Shown: piece by piece, positions 18,535 through 27,341 of the stretch | Layout: every line of letters begins with the position of its first letter | Position numbering within the stretch: position 1 is the first letter of the stretch | Position numbers and translations under genes: made by a program | Notes under the pieces: generated by a model | The model's database searches: none | What the model was told of the DNA's origin: nothing | The model's input: only the letters and a program-made list of their open reading frames with translations | Assembly: GCA_937934305.1 (NCBI GenBank) | Contig: CALHAG010000001.1 | Location: 12,422 to 76,421, forward strand | Direction of reading: 5' to 3' | Length of the DNA stretch: 64,000 nucleotides | Source of the DNA: Candidatus Caldarchaeum subterraneum | Lineage (GTDB): Archaea; Thermoproteota; Nitrososphaeria_A; Caldarchaeales; Caldarchaeaceae

Positions 18535-19362
18535 ATGGTAGACCTCCTAACTGTGTTAGTAATCTCGTTTCTGGCTGGGCTGGTTGGCTCTATCACGGGG
18601 CTGGGAGGAGCCAGCATAACCACGCCTCTTCTAACCTTGGCCGGCGTGCCGATAAAATACGCCATCGCGGCCGGCATAGTCTCCATCATAGCCACCTCGA
18701 GCGGCGCCGCTGCTTCATATGTCCGCGGCGGATTATCCAACGTAAAGGCTGCAATGTTTCTCGAGATGTTCACGATAGTGGGAGCGATAATCGGCGCCAT
18801 CATAACAATCTACGTCTCGGCGCGGCTTCTCTACTTTCTCTTCGCAGGGTTTCTTCTCACATCCTTCATCGGCATCAGACGTCACTTGGGTGAAGAGCTT
18901 CCGACAAACGTGAACCAGGACAGGGCCGCTCGATGGCTGGGCCTCGAGGGCGCCTACTACGACCACAAGCTGGGCAGAGAAGTGTCCTACAAGCTTACCC
19001 GGCCTATTGCAGCGGGAGGCGGAATGTTTATCGCCGGCGTCGCGGCTGGGATGCTGGGCATAGGCGCCGGAGCCTTCAAAGTAGCCGTCCACGAGCTGGT
19101 CATGCGGATGCCGTCCAAAGTCTCATCAGCCACCAGCACCTTCATCATAGGCATGACAGCATTAGCGGGGGCCAGCGTATACTTCAGCTCGGGGCTACTG
19201 TACCTGACTCTCGCCGCGCCGATGGTTCTCGGCACAACCTCGGGAGCGGTCGTGGGCTCCCGCATCCTCGGACATATCAGCAACAGAGTAACGCGGCTGT
19301 TTTTCCTAGCTGTTGTTTTTGTTCTCTTTGTGCAGATGCTTCTGCGGGGGATACTGGCTTGA
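18535..19362 (+). CDS. TauE/SafE (DUF81) family sulfite/anion exporter
   Basis: 275-aa polytopic membrane protein with Gly-rich TM repeats typical of DUF81 (LAGLVGSITGLGGASITTPLL...IAGVAAGMLGIGAGAF). Confidence 0.7.
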   Translation: MVDLLTVLVISFLAGLVGSITGLGGASITTPLLTLAGVPIKYAIAAGIVSIIATSSGAAASYVRGGLSNVKAAMFLEMFTIVGAIIGAIITIYVSARLLYFLFAGFLLTSFIGIRRHLGEELPTNVNQDRAARWLGLEGAYYDHKLGREVSYKLTRPIAAGGGMFIAGVAAGMLGIGAGAFKVAVHELVMRMPSKVSSATSTFIIGMTALAGASVYFSSGLLYLTLAAPMVLGTTSGAVVGSRILGHISNRVTRLFFLAVVFVLFVQMLLRGILA

Positions 19363-19382
19363 GCCGTTACGAGAAACTGGAC

Positions 19383-19715
19383 ATGATTATCAGCTGGATA
19401 CTTGTCACCGGCGTCGCCGCCAGCCTAGCCGTGACAACATGGGCCCTCGCATCATATTATTTGAGCAACGGCCCAGCTTTAGCTCTCAGCGACGAATACA
19501 GAGTATCCTCGAAGAGCTTCTTCGACTATCTGCTTCACCTACCCAAGAGCGGTGTGGCAGGCGTTATGGCGATAGGCGTAGCCGCGCTCATGCTAACACC
19601 CTACATCAGAGCGCTGGCCTCGCTAATCTACTTCATAGCCAAACGCGACATCAAATACATTCTCATAACAGCCTTCGTCTTCACCATATTGACAGTGAGC
19701 TTACTAACCAGTTGA
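19383..19715 (+). CDS. DUF1634-like small membrane protein (usual partner of DUF81)
   Basis: Internal Met of ORF 18933..19715. 110 aa, 3 predicted TM segments. Its position directly after TauE matches the conserved DUF81-DUF1634 pairing. Confidence 0.5.
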   Translation: MIISWILVTGVAASLAVTTWALASYYLSNGPALALSDEYRVSSKSFFDYLLHLPKSGVAGVMAIGVAALMLTPYIRALASLIYFIAKRDIKYILITAFVFTILTVSLLTS

Positions 19716-19744
19716 GCAGAGCATTTTGGAAAAAGGCTTTGAAG

Positions 19745-20602
19745 ATGTTGAGGTTTAATAGCTCGGCGATGGCTTTCAAACTCATGGCGGAGCGCCGTAG
19801 AACTCTCCTGAAGGCTGCGCTGGGCTCCTCGCTTCTCGTCACTCTCGCGCCTTTCCTCTCATGGGGAGGCTATCTGTATAGGCCCGAGGCAACATCTGGA
19901 CAGATTAGGCAGAGGCTTATCAACCTGAAAGATTTTCCCGTCAACTCAAAGCTTACTTTCCCGTTCCCCGCAACAGGCGACCCAACCGTGGACTCGGACC
20001 CCTTCAGACAATACATACTCGTCCACCTCCCATCCGGAGACCTCAAAGCATACAGCAAAGTCTGCGTACATCTCTGGTGCCTCTACGACTACTTCCCCGA
20101 GAAAAGGCAGTTCCAGTGCCCATGCCACGGAAGCATATACAACCCCGACACAGGCGTAGCGACAAAGGGCCCCGCATCGCTACAGCCCTACCCCACCAAC
20201 TCACTGCCCGAGCTCAACCTCGAGGTTGACCCCGACGGCACCATATATGCGACGGGGCTGAGAGGTCGAATAGGATATGGCCGCGAATGGAGAGCCGAGG
20301 CGGCGTGGATACAGCAGAGACAATCAAGCTCACCCAACACACCCGTAACAGGCTACGTCGTCTTCAGAGACCCTCTGCCACCCGATAACATCCTCTCACT
20401 AATCCGCGGCGTCGACGCAAAGATAGTCAAATGGTATGGATACGTCGACAAATCCCCAACCGAGCGCGAATGGCTGACCGGCGAAGGCGAGCAGAACATC
20501 ACATCGGCCACCGCGGTATACGGCGTAGACGCATCAGCAACACCCTCCTCACATCTCAAACTCCTCGAAAACCCGCAGATCATACTCATCCTCCCCCGAT
20601 AA
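19745..20602 (+). CDS. Tat-signal Rieske [2Fe-2S] protein with a C-terminal extension
   Basis: Twin-arginine signal 'AERRRTLLKAALGSSLLV'. Rieske boxes 'CVHLWC' and 'CPCHGS'. Possible starts at 19745, 19769 or 19784. Confidence 0.65.
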   Translation: MLRFNSSAMAFKLMAERRRTLLKAALGSSLLVTLAPFLSWGGYLYRPEATSGQIRQRLINLKDFPVNSKLTFPFPATGDPTVDSDPFRQYILVHLPSGDLKAYSKVCVHLWCLYDYFPEKRQFQCPCHGSIYNPDTGVATKGPASLQPYPTNSLPELNLEVDPDGTIYATGLRGRIGYGREWRAEAAWIQQRQSSSPNTPVTGYVVFRDPLPPDNILSLIRGVDAKIVKWYGYVDKSPTEREWLTGEGEQNITSATAVYGVDASATPSSHLKLLENPQIILILPR

Positions 20603-20635
20603 AACACAAATACCGAGAACACTCCCCTCAAAACA

Positions 20636-20720
20636 GCGGGGGTCGCCAAGCCTGGTCAACGGCGCAGGACTGAGGCTCCTGTCCCGAAGGGGTTCGTGGG
20701 TTCAAATCCCACCCCCCGCA
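20636..20720 (+). tRNA. tRNA-Leu (anticodon GAG), type II with a long variable arm
   Basis: GCGGGGG...CCCCCGC acceptor stem and GGTTCAAATCC T-loop. Anticodon stem CAGGA/TCCTG with loop CUGAGGC. Long extra arm 'TGTCCCGAAGGGGTTC'. Confidence 0.8.
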
Positions 20721-20822
20721 AATTCAAGCATTAACTCTCCCAATTTCCTCTTACTGGATTAGAAGGATTGAATGGGAGGGGGTTGAGCTGAAGAGACTCC
20801 GCATCACCGTCATAAACCTATT

Positions 20823-21689
20823 ATGAAGACTTATCTGCGTCAAGGCTGGATGAATAATGTGGAAACCTGGGTTCTTACGGGAAGCGCCGAGAATTGGGAG
20901 AGAGCTCTCACCGCCTCGTTATGGGGTGTCACCGAGAAGTTAAAGACAAGATGGGAGAGAGTGGCCAGAGACGATCTACTTCTTTTCTACTGTAAATCTC
21001 CTGTGAAGGGAGTCATAGGGTATGGTAAAGTTAAGGGGAAGTTTAAACAGGATAAGCCCTTCTGGGCCGAGGAGATTAAACAAAACAGGGTCATATGGCC
21101 CTACAGGATTGAGTTCGAAGTTGGCTATGTTCTCCCAAGGCCTGACTGGGTGAGAGAAGCCGTCAGGGCGAAACTTGGGAAAAGGACGATAGTTGGGATA
21201 AGCATCGTCACCGACCAATCACTGGTCCAGCAGATAATGGATGAGATAAGTAGCAGGTGGAGAACATCTGTGAAAGTTGTTGAGAAACCTGTTTCTGAGC
21301 ATGACGAGGTGAAGAGCCTCGTCGCCGAACTTGGACGGCTCAGTAACTATATCGTGGATGTGGAGTATCGGATGCCAGATATCTCAGAAAGGTTGGATGT
21401 GGTTTGGAGACGTGTGGCCGCCAGTGTTCCAACATTTGTTTTCGAAGTTCACATAGGTGGCAATCTGCATCAAGCCCTCACAAAGCTCAAACACGCATAT
21501 GATATCTGGAACAGCAACATCTACCTAGTCGTGAAGGAGGATAGATATGATGAGGTTATGAGGTATCTGGAGGGCGCGTTTCACGAGATAAAACCTGTTA
21601 TCCGGGTTCTCAAGGTATCGCAGGTGAGGAAACTGCATGAAGTGCAGAGTTTAGACTATAGGTTGAAAGCTGAAGCTGGGCTACGGTGA
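20823..21689 (+). CDS. EVE (PUA-like) domain protein fused to a C-terminal domain of possible PD-(D/E)xK nuclease type
   Basis: N-terminus 'WVLTGSAENWERALTASLWGV...DLLLFYCKSPVKGVIGYGKV' fits the EVE/PUA-like fold. The C-terminal ~140 aa carry a 'LDVVW...FVFEVHIGG...KLK' pattern. Lies between two tRNA genes. Lower GC than the surroundings. Confidence 0.5.
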   Translation: MKTYLRQGWMNNVETWVLTGSAENWERALTASLWGVTEKLKTRWERVARDDLLLFYCKSPVKGVIGYGKVKGKFKQDKPFWAEEIKQNRVIWPYRIEFEVGYVLPRPDWVREAVRAKLGKRTIVGISIVTDQSLVQQIMDEISSRWRTSVKVVEKPVSEHDEVKSLVAELGRLSNYIVDVEYRMPDISERLDVVWRRVAASVPTFVFEVHIGGNLHQALTKLKHAYDIWNSNIYLVVKEDRYDEVMRYLEGAFHEIKPVIRVLKVSQVRKLHEVQSLDYRLKAEAGLR

Positions 21690-21702
21690 ACACTCGCTAA
21701 GT

Positions 21703-21776
21703 TGCGGCCGCCGGGATTTGAACCCGGGACCTGCGGGCCGGGGCCCCGCCGTCCTACCTGGCTAGACTACGGCCGC
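21703..21776 (-). tRNA. tRNA-Gly (probable anticodon CCC)
   Basis: Reverse complement reads GCGGCCG TA GTCT...GGAC, anticodon stem GCGGG/CCCGC with loop GCCCCGG, CCGGGTTCAAATCCCGG, CGGCCGC-A. Fits the 73-nt cloverleaf without an intron. The anticodon loop is atypical (C at position 33). Confidence 0.7.
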
Positions 21777-21805
21777 CTGTTTTGTTTCTATGTTTGGCAG
21801 GTTTT

Positions 21806-22114
21806 TTATGTTTTTGGGATGAAGTGGATGATGGTTACGGGGTCGTCTGGGCCGAGGCTGTTGTAGATTTTTTTGATGCTTTGGTAGAGTTCCTCGGGTG
21901 AGCTGTATCCCTCCAGCTGATATCGTGTGTTTACGGCTTCTCGGAGTGTCATGACCTCGACGGCGAGCAGCTCAGCGGCTATTCTGCGGTTTCCATCTGT
22001 TAGAATCAGCTCCCTGGCATACTCGCCGCCGTCTCCGGGCCTGATGGTTGATGTCTTCAAGCCCTTGAGAATAAGGTCGAGATACATGGGCTTGAACCGG
22101 AGAATCCGCCGCAT
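21806..22114 (-). CDS. ASCH-domain protein (PUA-like superfamily)
   Basis: 102 aa with 'FKPMYLDLILKGLKTSTIRPG', matching the ASCH GxKxxExR-type motif. Confidence 0.6.
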   Translation of the reverse strand: MRRILRFKPMYLDLILKGLKTSTIRPGDGGEYARELILTDGNRRIAAELLAVEVMTLREAVNTRYQLEGYSSPEELYQSIKKIYNSLGPDDPVTIIHFIPKT

Positions 22115-22197
22115 CGTCAGTCCACCCAGCTACCGCCCAGAAAATCCAGCGCCATAAAAAGTTAAGCCTATAACTTGTCCAACCATTTTCCGAGACG

Positions 22198-22842
22198 GTG
22201 ACGGCGGCAGGCATCAGAGATTTTTTCACAGCCGGCTTCAAGCCCACAGCATCTTATCTGCTGTATGGTGAGGAGAAGTCAGGTAAGACAGCGTTGCTTC
22301 TCTCAGCGGCTGCTAAGATAGCTGAGAAAGGTGGAAAGGTTGTCTGGATAGATTGTGGAGCACGTCTCCACCCAGCGCGTCTTAGACAGATTTTCCCCGT
22401 TGAGAGGCTTAACCAGCTCTACATCAGCCAGCCCCGAACATTTCACGAACAATTCGAAACAATGCTCAACGTCCACGACTTCCCGCCCTCGGATGCTTCG
22501 CTGATAGTCTGCGACGACTTCACCTACCTACACAAGCTCGAGCTCAGCGGAAAACCATCAACAGACCTCCCCATATACAGGGCCCTTTCCCTGCAAGCCG
22601 CTTTGCTGAAAAGCCTTGCAATCGCGAGGAAAATCTCGGTTGTCTTGGTGGGTCTTGTCCACTCTATTCCAGCCATCGATGCGCAGGAGCCTGTCGCTGC
22701 CCGGATAGTTACCTATTGGTCTGACGTGGTTGCGAAGGTTCAGCGGGGGCGCGAGGCTTCGGTGGTTATGCAGGAGAAGCCTGTGGCTCAGAAAATCTAT
22801 TTCAAGGTTGTGGAGAAGGGGGTGGAGGTTCTACGTTTTTGA
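22198..22842 (+). CDS. RecA-superfamily ATPase (KaiC/RadB-like)
   Basis: Walker A 'YGEEKSGKTALLL' and Walker B 'LIVCDD'. 214 aa, with no extra domains. Confidence 0.45.
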   Translation: MTAAGIRDFFTAGFKPTASYLLYGEEKSGKTALLLSAAAKIAEKGGKVVWIDCGARLHPARLRQIFPVERLNQLYISQPRTFHEQFETMLNVHDFPPSDASLIVCDDFTYLHKLELSGKPSTDLPIYRALSLQAALLKSLAIARKISVVLVGLVHSIPAIDAQEPVAARIVTYWSDVVAKVQRGREASVVMQEKPVAQKIYFKVVEKGVEVLRF

Positions 22843-23250
22843 TAGGTATCCGCCGATTAGTCCGAGAGCTGCGAGCGTGATGAGCAGGGTGCTGAAAAGC
22901 AGCATGTAGCGGGAGGCTCTAGGGCTGAATCGTTTGCTGAAAGCCACGCCGTATAGCAAAAGTCCGACGAAGCCGAGGATGTAGAAGGTGGCGACAACCA
23001 TCATCTCAGCAACCGTCTGAACCCGCGTATCAGGGTAAAACACCCGGACAGAGTCGCCGATAAACGCTACACCAATAACCACACGGGAAGCAACGTTATA
23101 CACAACACCCGCCAACACAACACTCGAGACAACCACCGCAACCCATGCCATCAGTTCCTGGAACCCAGGCCGCGAAACCAGCTCATACACGGCGTCGACA
23201 AGCCGCTTAACTCTCTCAGCCATCCCCGGCATCTTTTCCTCATCCACCAT
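22831..23250 (-). CDS. Hypothetical membrane protein
   Basis: 139 aa with 3-4 hydrophobic helices. Convergent with, and overlapping, the RecA-like gene. Confidence 0.35.
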   Translation of the reverse strand: MVDEEKMPGMAERVKRLVDAVYELVSRPGFQELMAWVAVVVSSVVLAGVVYNVASRVVIGVAFIGDSVRVFYPDTRVQTVAEMMVVATFYILGFVGLLLYGVAFSKRFSPRASRYMLLFSTLLITLAALGLIGGYLSKT

Positions 23251-23319
23251 TTAAAAATATGTTTCCGGTGAAGCCTGTTCAACGGTTTTATCGAATGGCT
23301 GTGAAAAAAATGTGGATGT

Positions 23320-25041
23320 TTAGAAGGTGGGTTGCTGTGGCTGTGGTTGTCTTCTTCTGCCGACGACTATGGCTGTGGCTATGAGGACGGCTATCATGAT
23401 GAGGAGCATGGGCAGTATGTAGGTTGAGACGGGCTCTGGGAAGGCGACGGTTGTTATCTGTGTCAGGGTTTGGGTGGTTGATTGTGTTTGCGTCGTTAGG
23501 ATGGTGGATGTCGTCGTCGCTGTCGTCGTGGTTGTCACGGTCTGAGTGTTTGTCGTCGTCTGTGTCTGAGTCGTTGTAACGGGGATGGTTGTGGTGCTGG
23601 TCGCGGTTGAAACAAAGATGACTGAGCTGGTCTGCGTTATGGTTGTAGTCGCTATAGCGTAAGCAGTTGTAGTGGTCGTAGCCGTCGCCGTGGCCGTGGT
23701 CGTCGTTCCAACGGTCGATGTAACCGTTGTTGTGCTTGTTGAAACAAGGTTGTCTGGGCAGAACCTTGAGTAGAAGGAGTTGATGGCTCCAGCTGTATCT
23801 ATTGGGGGAGTAAAGGTAGCGACCCCGGGTGAAGGCGAGGGCACGGAGGGGGAGACGGTGACCGTGGACGGTGTCGGAGCTTCAACCGTCAGCGAAACGG
23901 AGGAGGACTGCGCGTTTTGGAGGTCGTTTATGACGTAGAAGAGAGGTAGGTTGACGTGTTGACCCGCTGGATACACGCATGCTCCGAGTGATGCTGCTGC
24001 ATTGGCTTGGTCGTCGCCTGTTGGGCCGCCTGTGATGAAGAACGAGTGTGAGAATGTTCCGTCGGGGGCGAAGGCGGCGAGCAATACGTCTCGTGTTCCG
24101 TAGCCTGTTGTATAGCCTGCTAGATAGATGGTCCCACCTGCAGCCGCTAAGCCATACGCAATTTCGTCGCCTGTTGATGTTCCGAAGGCTCTAACCCATT
24201 GTAGCGTTAGACTAGAGTCCAGACGGGCCAAAACCGCTTCATCCATCCTACCCGCTATGACTGTTTTGCCTGCGAGGTAGATGTTCCCACCAGAGATTAT
24301 TATGTCGTGTGCCTCGTCGTTTCCTGCGCCTCCTATCTCCCTCGTCGCCAAATGGTTGCCGTTGGTGTCGAAAACGGAGACAAACATCTCAAGCGAGCTT
24401 CCGTCGTCAGATGTTCCCGCAACGTAGACGCGGCCTCCTGAGAAAGCCACCGCGTTCGCCACATCGTTTCCCCCACGCACTCTGAAGTTCTTCGCCCACA
24501 CCACGTTGAGGCTTGAGTCAAGCTTCTCCACAAATGCACCGATACCCGGCTGATAGCCCACGACATAGAAAGAGGGAGAGGCCGCCGGCTCGACGGCTAT
24601 ATCTGTTGCTTCTTCGCCCGGCCCTATGTCGTAGAGGTTTATGGTCTGGAGGGCGCAGCTGGTGTCGAAAACGGCGACGAAATGGTTGGGAGGAGTGGGG
24701 CCGGATGTTGTTCTTCCGAGCATGTATATTCTGTTGTTGTGAAATGTCAAGGCTCTTGCTTCTTCGCTGGCGCCTAGGTCGAGTGCTACGCTGCATCGGT
24801 GGCTGTTATCGCTGTTAAAGATTGTGAGGAACGCGTTGGGTGTGTTGGGGCCAAAAGACGATGTGAAACCCACGGTGTATATGCCGTTGGAGTCTACGTA
24901 GATGTCTGTGGTGATGTCGTCAGCAGAACCGCCGTAGGAGCGGCGGAAACTCACAACCTCAGCGGACACGCTCAACATCCCGATAAGCATCAAAGCAGTC
25001 AGCAGACAAATTGAGGGCGATGTTTTCATTCTCATGTTCAA
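23320..25041 (-). CDS. Secreted SBBP beta-propeller-repeat surface protein with a Thr-rich stalk and C-terminal membrane anchor
   Basis: Signal peptide 'MKTSPSICLLTALMLIGMLSVSA'. Repeated 'G(G)xIYxAG...DxFV' SBBP-like blades. About 90-aa poly-Thr region, then a C-terminal TM 'ILPMLLIMIAVLIATAIVVGRRR'. Confidence 0.55.
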   Translation of the reverse strand: MNMRMKTSPSICLLTALMLIGMLSVSAEVVSFRRSYGGSADDITTDIYVDSNGIYTVGFTSSFGPNTPNAFLTIFNSDNSHRCSVALDLGASEEARALTFHNNRIYMLGRTTSGPTPPNHFVAVFDTSCALQTINLYDIGPGEEATDIAVEPAASPSFYVVGYQPGIGAFVEKLDSSLNVVWAKNFRVRGGNDVANAVAFSGGRVYVAGTSDDGSSLEMFVSVFDTNGNHLATREIGGAGNDEAHDIIISGGNIYLAGKTVIAGRMDEAVLARLDSSLTLQWVRAFGTSTGDEIAYGLAAAGGTIYLAGYTTGYGTRDVLLAAFAPDGTFSHSFFITGGPTGDDQANAAASLGACVYPAGQHVNLPLFYVINDLQNAQSSSVSLTVEAPTPSTVTVSPSVPSPSPGVATFTPPIDTAGAINSFYSRFCPDNLVSTSTTTVTSTVGTTTTATATATTTTTAYAIATTTITQTSSVIFVSTATSTTTIPVTTTQTQTTTNTQTVTTTTTATTTSTILTTQTQSTTQTLTQITTVAFPEPVSTYILPMLLIMIAVLIATAIVVGRRRQPQPQQPTF

Positions 25042-25145
25042 GTCAGCGTTAAGAAGAGGTTTAAATGATTTATGTTGTCGTGGAGGACTCGTATTTATTC
25101 GAGAGTCTTTTCGTATGTTTGGAAATAGGTTTTTAGTCTGGTGTT

Positions 25146-27266
25146 TTGTGGAATTGGTTTAGAACGGGTTTGTCTGTTGTGCGTGTTTTGTCTGGGCTGA
25201 GGCGTGTGGACCGTGTGCTGGGTGGTAGGCATCGGTTGGCTGAGCTGGGTATTCTCATGCTGTTGTTGAGCACGGCGTTTGTTCTCCGTGTTCTGCCTCT
25301 CCGCTGGGGTGTGGCTCTCTCCGAGTTTGACCCATGGGTTCAGTATAAGGAGGCTTTGTTCGTGATTGAGCGGGGCTGGGGAGGGTTTGCCGAGTTCTTC
25401 AGCTGGCATGACACGATGTCATGGTATCCATGGGGCAGGGACATGGGGCGCACAGCCTTCCCCGGCATACCCTTCGCCATGGCCTTCATCTACCTCTCCC
25501 TCAAATCCCTCGGCATAACAGTCGACACCCTCGAGCTCGCCGCAGTTCTTCCAGTTGTCTACGGAGTGTTAACCGTGGTTGCCATCTATTTTCTGGGTAA
25601 ACGTGTCGGCGGCACTTCCACAGGCTTGGCCGCGGCCCTTTTCATGGCTATTAGCACGGCGCATATAGGGCGTACTCATCTGGGATGGTTTGACGACGAG
25701 AGCCTCAGCCTACCCTTGATGCTTGGTGGATACATCTTCTATCTCGCGGCGATTTCCGAGAAGAGAAGCATCCGTGGGACGGTTGTTTACGCAGTGTTGT
25801 CGGGATTGTTTCTCGGGTTCATGGCTGCGAGCTGGGGTGCTCACAAGTTCCCCCTCGCTTTCGTTCCCTTGTTCAGCGTATTCCTCGCAGTCATCGGCAG
25901 ATACCGGAGAAGCCTGCTCGTTGCAACAGCTGTAGCCTTCGCCATATACACATCCATCGCGGTCTCCGTCCCCAAGCTTGGCCCCGGCTACATCCGTGAG
26001 GTAACAATCTTCTCAGGATTTATCGCCCTGTTCATACTCGCCGTGTTTGAAGCGGCTTCGCGGATAAAGCAGCCTGAGACAAGGCGTCTAACAATCTTCA
26101 CCGTTCTTCTTCTCTCGGCTATCGGGTTCTTCGCTCTCCTGGGCCTCGGAGTCCTCGGTGTGCCTGGTCTCAAGTTCCTCTCAGTGATACTGCCCGGCCT
26201 CCGCGACGCTTTGCCCATCGTTGAATCGGTTGCGGAAAACCAGATCCCGACATGGTCCATCATGTTCTCCGACTTTGGCCTTGCCCTCGCTCTCGTGCCC
26301 GTAGGAGTTTACCAGCTCATCAAGACGAGACGTGACCCCGACCTCTTCATAGTCCTCTTCCTCCTGTTCTCGGCTTATTTTGCATCGTCGATGGTTCGTC
26401 TCTCGCTGCTCGCCTCCCCCGCTGTCGCACTCGTAGCAGGACACGGCTACGCGTTTGTCTTCTCTCGGCTCGGTGACTTGATTGCCCAGAGACGTGCTTC
26501 GAAGAAACGGGGCGAGGAAGTGAACATAGGGCTCGCCGCCTTCACTCCTGTGCTGCTTGTTCTTCTGCTTCTCGTCTCGATTGTGCCATCGGTGTATGGA
26601 GGGCTCGGCTCACGCGTCACTTTGTCTCCCATCGACCAAGGCTACCAGCCTGCGACAATAGTTACATCAAGCTTCCCCGCTCGCCAGTCAATACCCGACT
26701 GGGTCAGGGCCCTTGCATGGATGAGGGACAACCTTCCCAAGGACGCTGTTGTGGCTTCGTGGTGGGACTACGGCTACTGGATAACCATACTCGGCGAGAG
26801 AATCACGCTCATCGACAACGCAACAATCAACTCGACGCAGATAGGTGATGTGGCCCATGCCTTCATGAGTGATGAGAGAACCGCGATGGAGATTTTCCGT
26901 CGGCACAACGTTACACACGTGGTTATCTATGTGACGCATCAGTTTGTTGTGCAGGGTGGTCAGGCGTATGGCCGTCTATTAGGGTTCGGCGACGAGGGCA
27001 AGTGGATTTGGATGCTGCGGATAGCCAACCAGACGGGCCACTTCTACCGTGAATCCGACTACGTTGACCAGAACTTCCAACCCACCCAGCGGTTCTGGCA
27101 AACACTCCTCGGACAGCTCATCCCATACAAACCAACACAGACAGCCTTCGGCCCCGGACACCTCTACAACCCCAGCCAACTCAACTACTTCCGCCTCGTA
27201 TACCAGTCAAGCCCACCATACCAATCACTCGCATACGTATACATCTACGAGGTAGTTTACCCGTAA
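25146..27266 (+). CDS. aglB: Archaeal oligosaccharyltransferase AglB (STT3 family)
   Basis: 13-TM N-terminal domain plus the 'WWDYGYWI' signature motif. 706 aa. Confidence 0.85.
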   Translation: MWNWFRTGLSVVRVLSGLRRVDRVLGGRHRLAELGILMLLLSTAFVLRVLPLRWGVALSEFDPWVQYKEALFVIERGWGGFAEFFSWHDTMSWYPWGRDMGRTAFPGIPFAMAFIYLSLKSLGITVDTLELAAVLPVVYGVLTVVAIYFLGKRVGGTSTGLAAALFMAISTAHIGRTHLGWFDDESLSLPLMLGGYIFYLAAISEKRSIRGTVVYAVLSGLFLGFMAASWGAHKFPLAFVPLFSVFLAVIGRYRRSLLVATAVAFAIYTSIAVSVPKLGPGYIREVTIFSGFIALFILAVFEAASRIKQPETRRLTIFTVLLLSAIGFFALLGLGVLGVPGLKFLSVILPGLRDALPIVESVAENQIPTWSIMFSDFGLALALVPVGVYQLIKTRRDPDLFIVLFLLFSAYFASSMVRLSLLASPAVALVAGHGYAFVFSRLGDLIAQRRASKKRGEEVNIGLAAFTPVLLVLLLLVSIVPSVYGGLGSRVTLSPIDQGYQPATIVTSSFPARQSIPDWVRALAWMRDNLPKDAVVASWWDYGYWITILGERITLIDNATINSTQIGDVAHAFMSDERTAMEIFRRHNVTHVVIYVTHQFVVQGGQAYGRLLGFGDEGKWIWMLRIANQTGHFYRESDYVDQNFQPTQRFWQTLLGQLIPYKPTQTAFGPGHLYNPSQLNYFRLVYQSSPPYQSLAYVYIYEVVYP

Positions 27267-27341
27267 TACGTTGAAAACATGCCGGGGCCAAGACAAGCCA
27301 ACTCTTAATAGAGAACACACTATGCGAAACAAAATTGAGTC

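Noticed and set aside
18933-19382. N-terminal 150 codons of ORF 18933..19715
   Set aside because: Arg/His/Ser-rich out-of-frame read-through of the TauE gene. Only the part from Met 19383 (DUF1634-like membrane protein) looks genuine.
23430-23760. Short tandem repeats resembling a repeat array (possible CRISPR-like periodicity)
   Set aside because: The repeats are 3-nt-periodic Thr codons inside a continuous ORF. There is no repeat-spacer structure and no cas genes.
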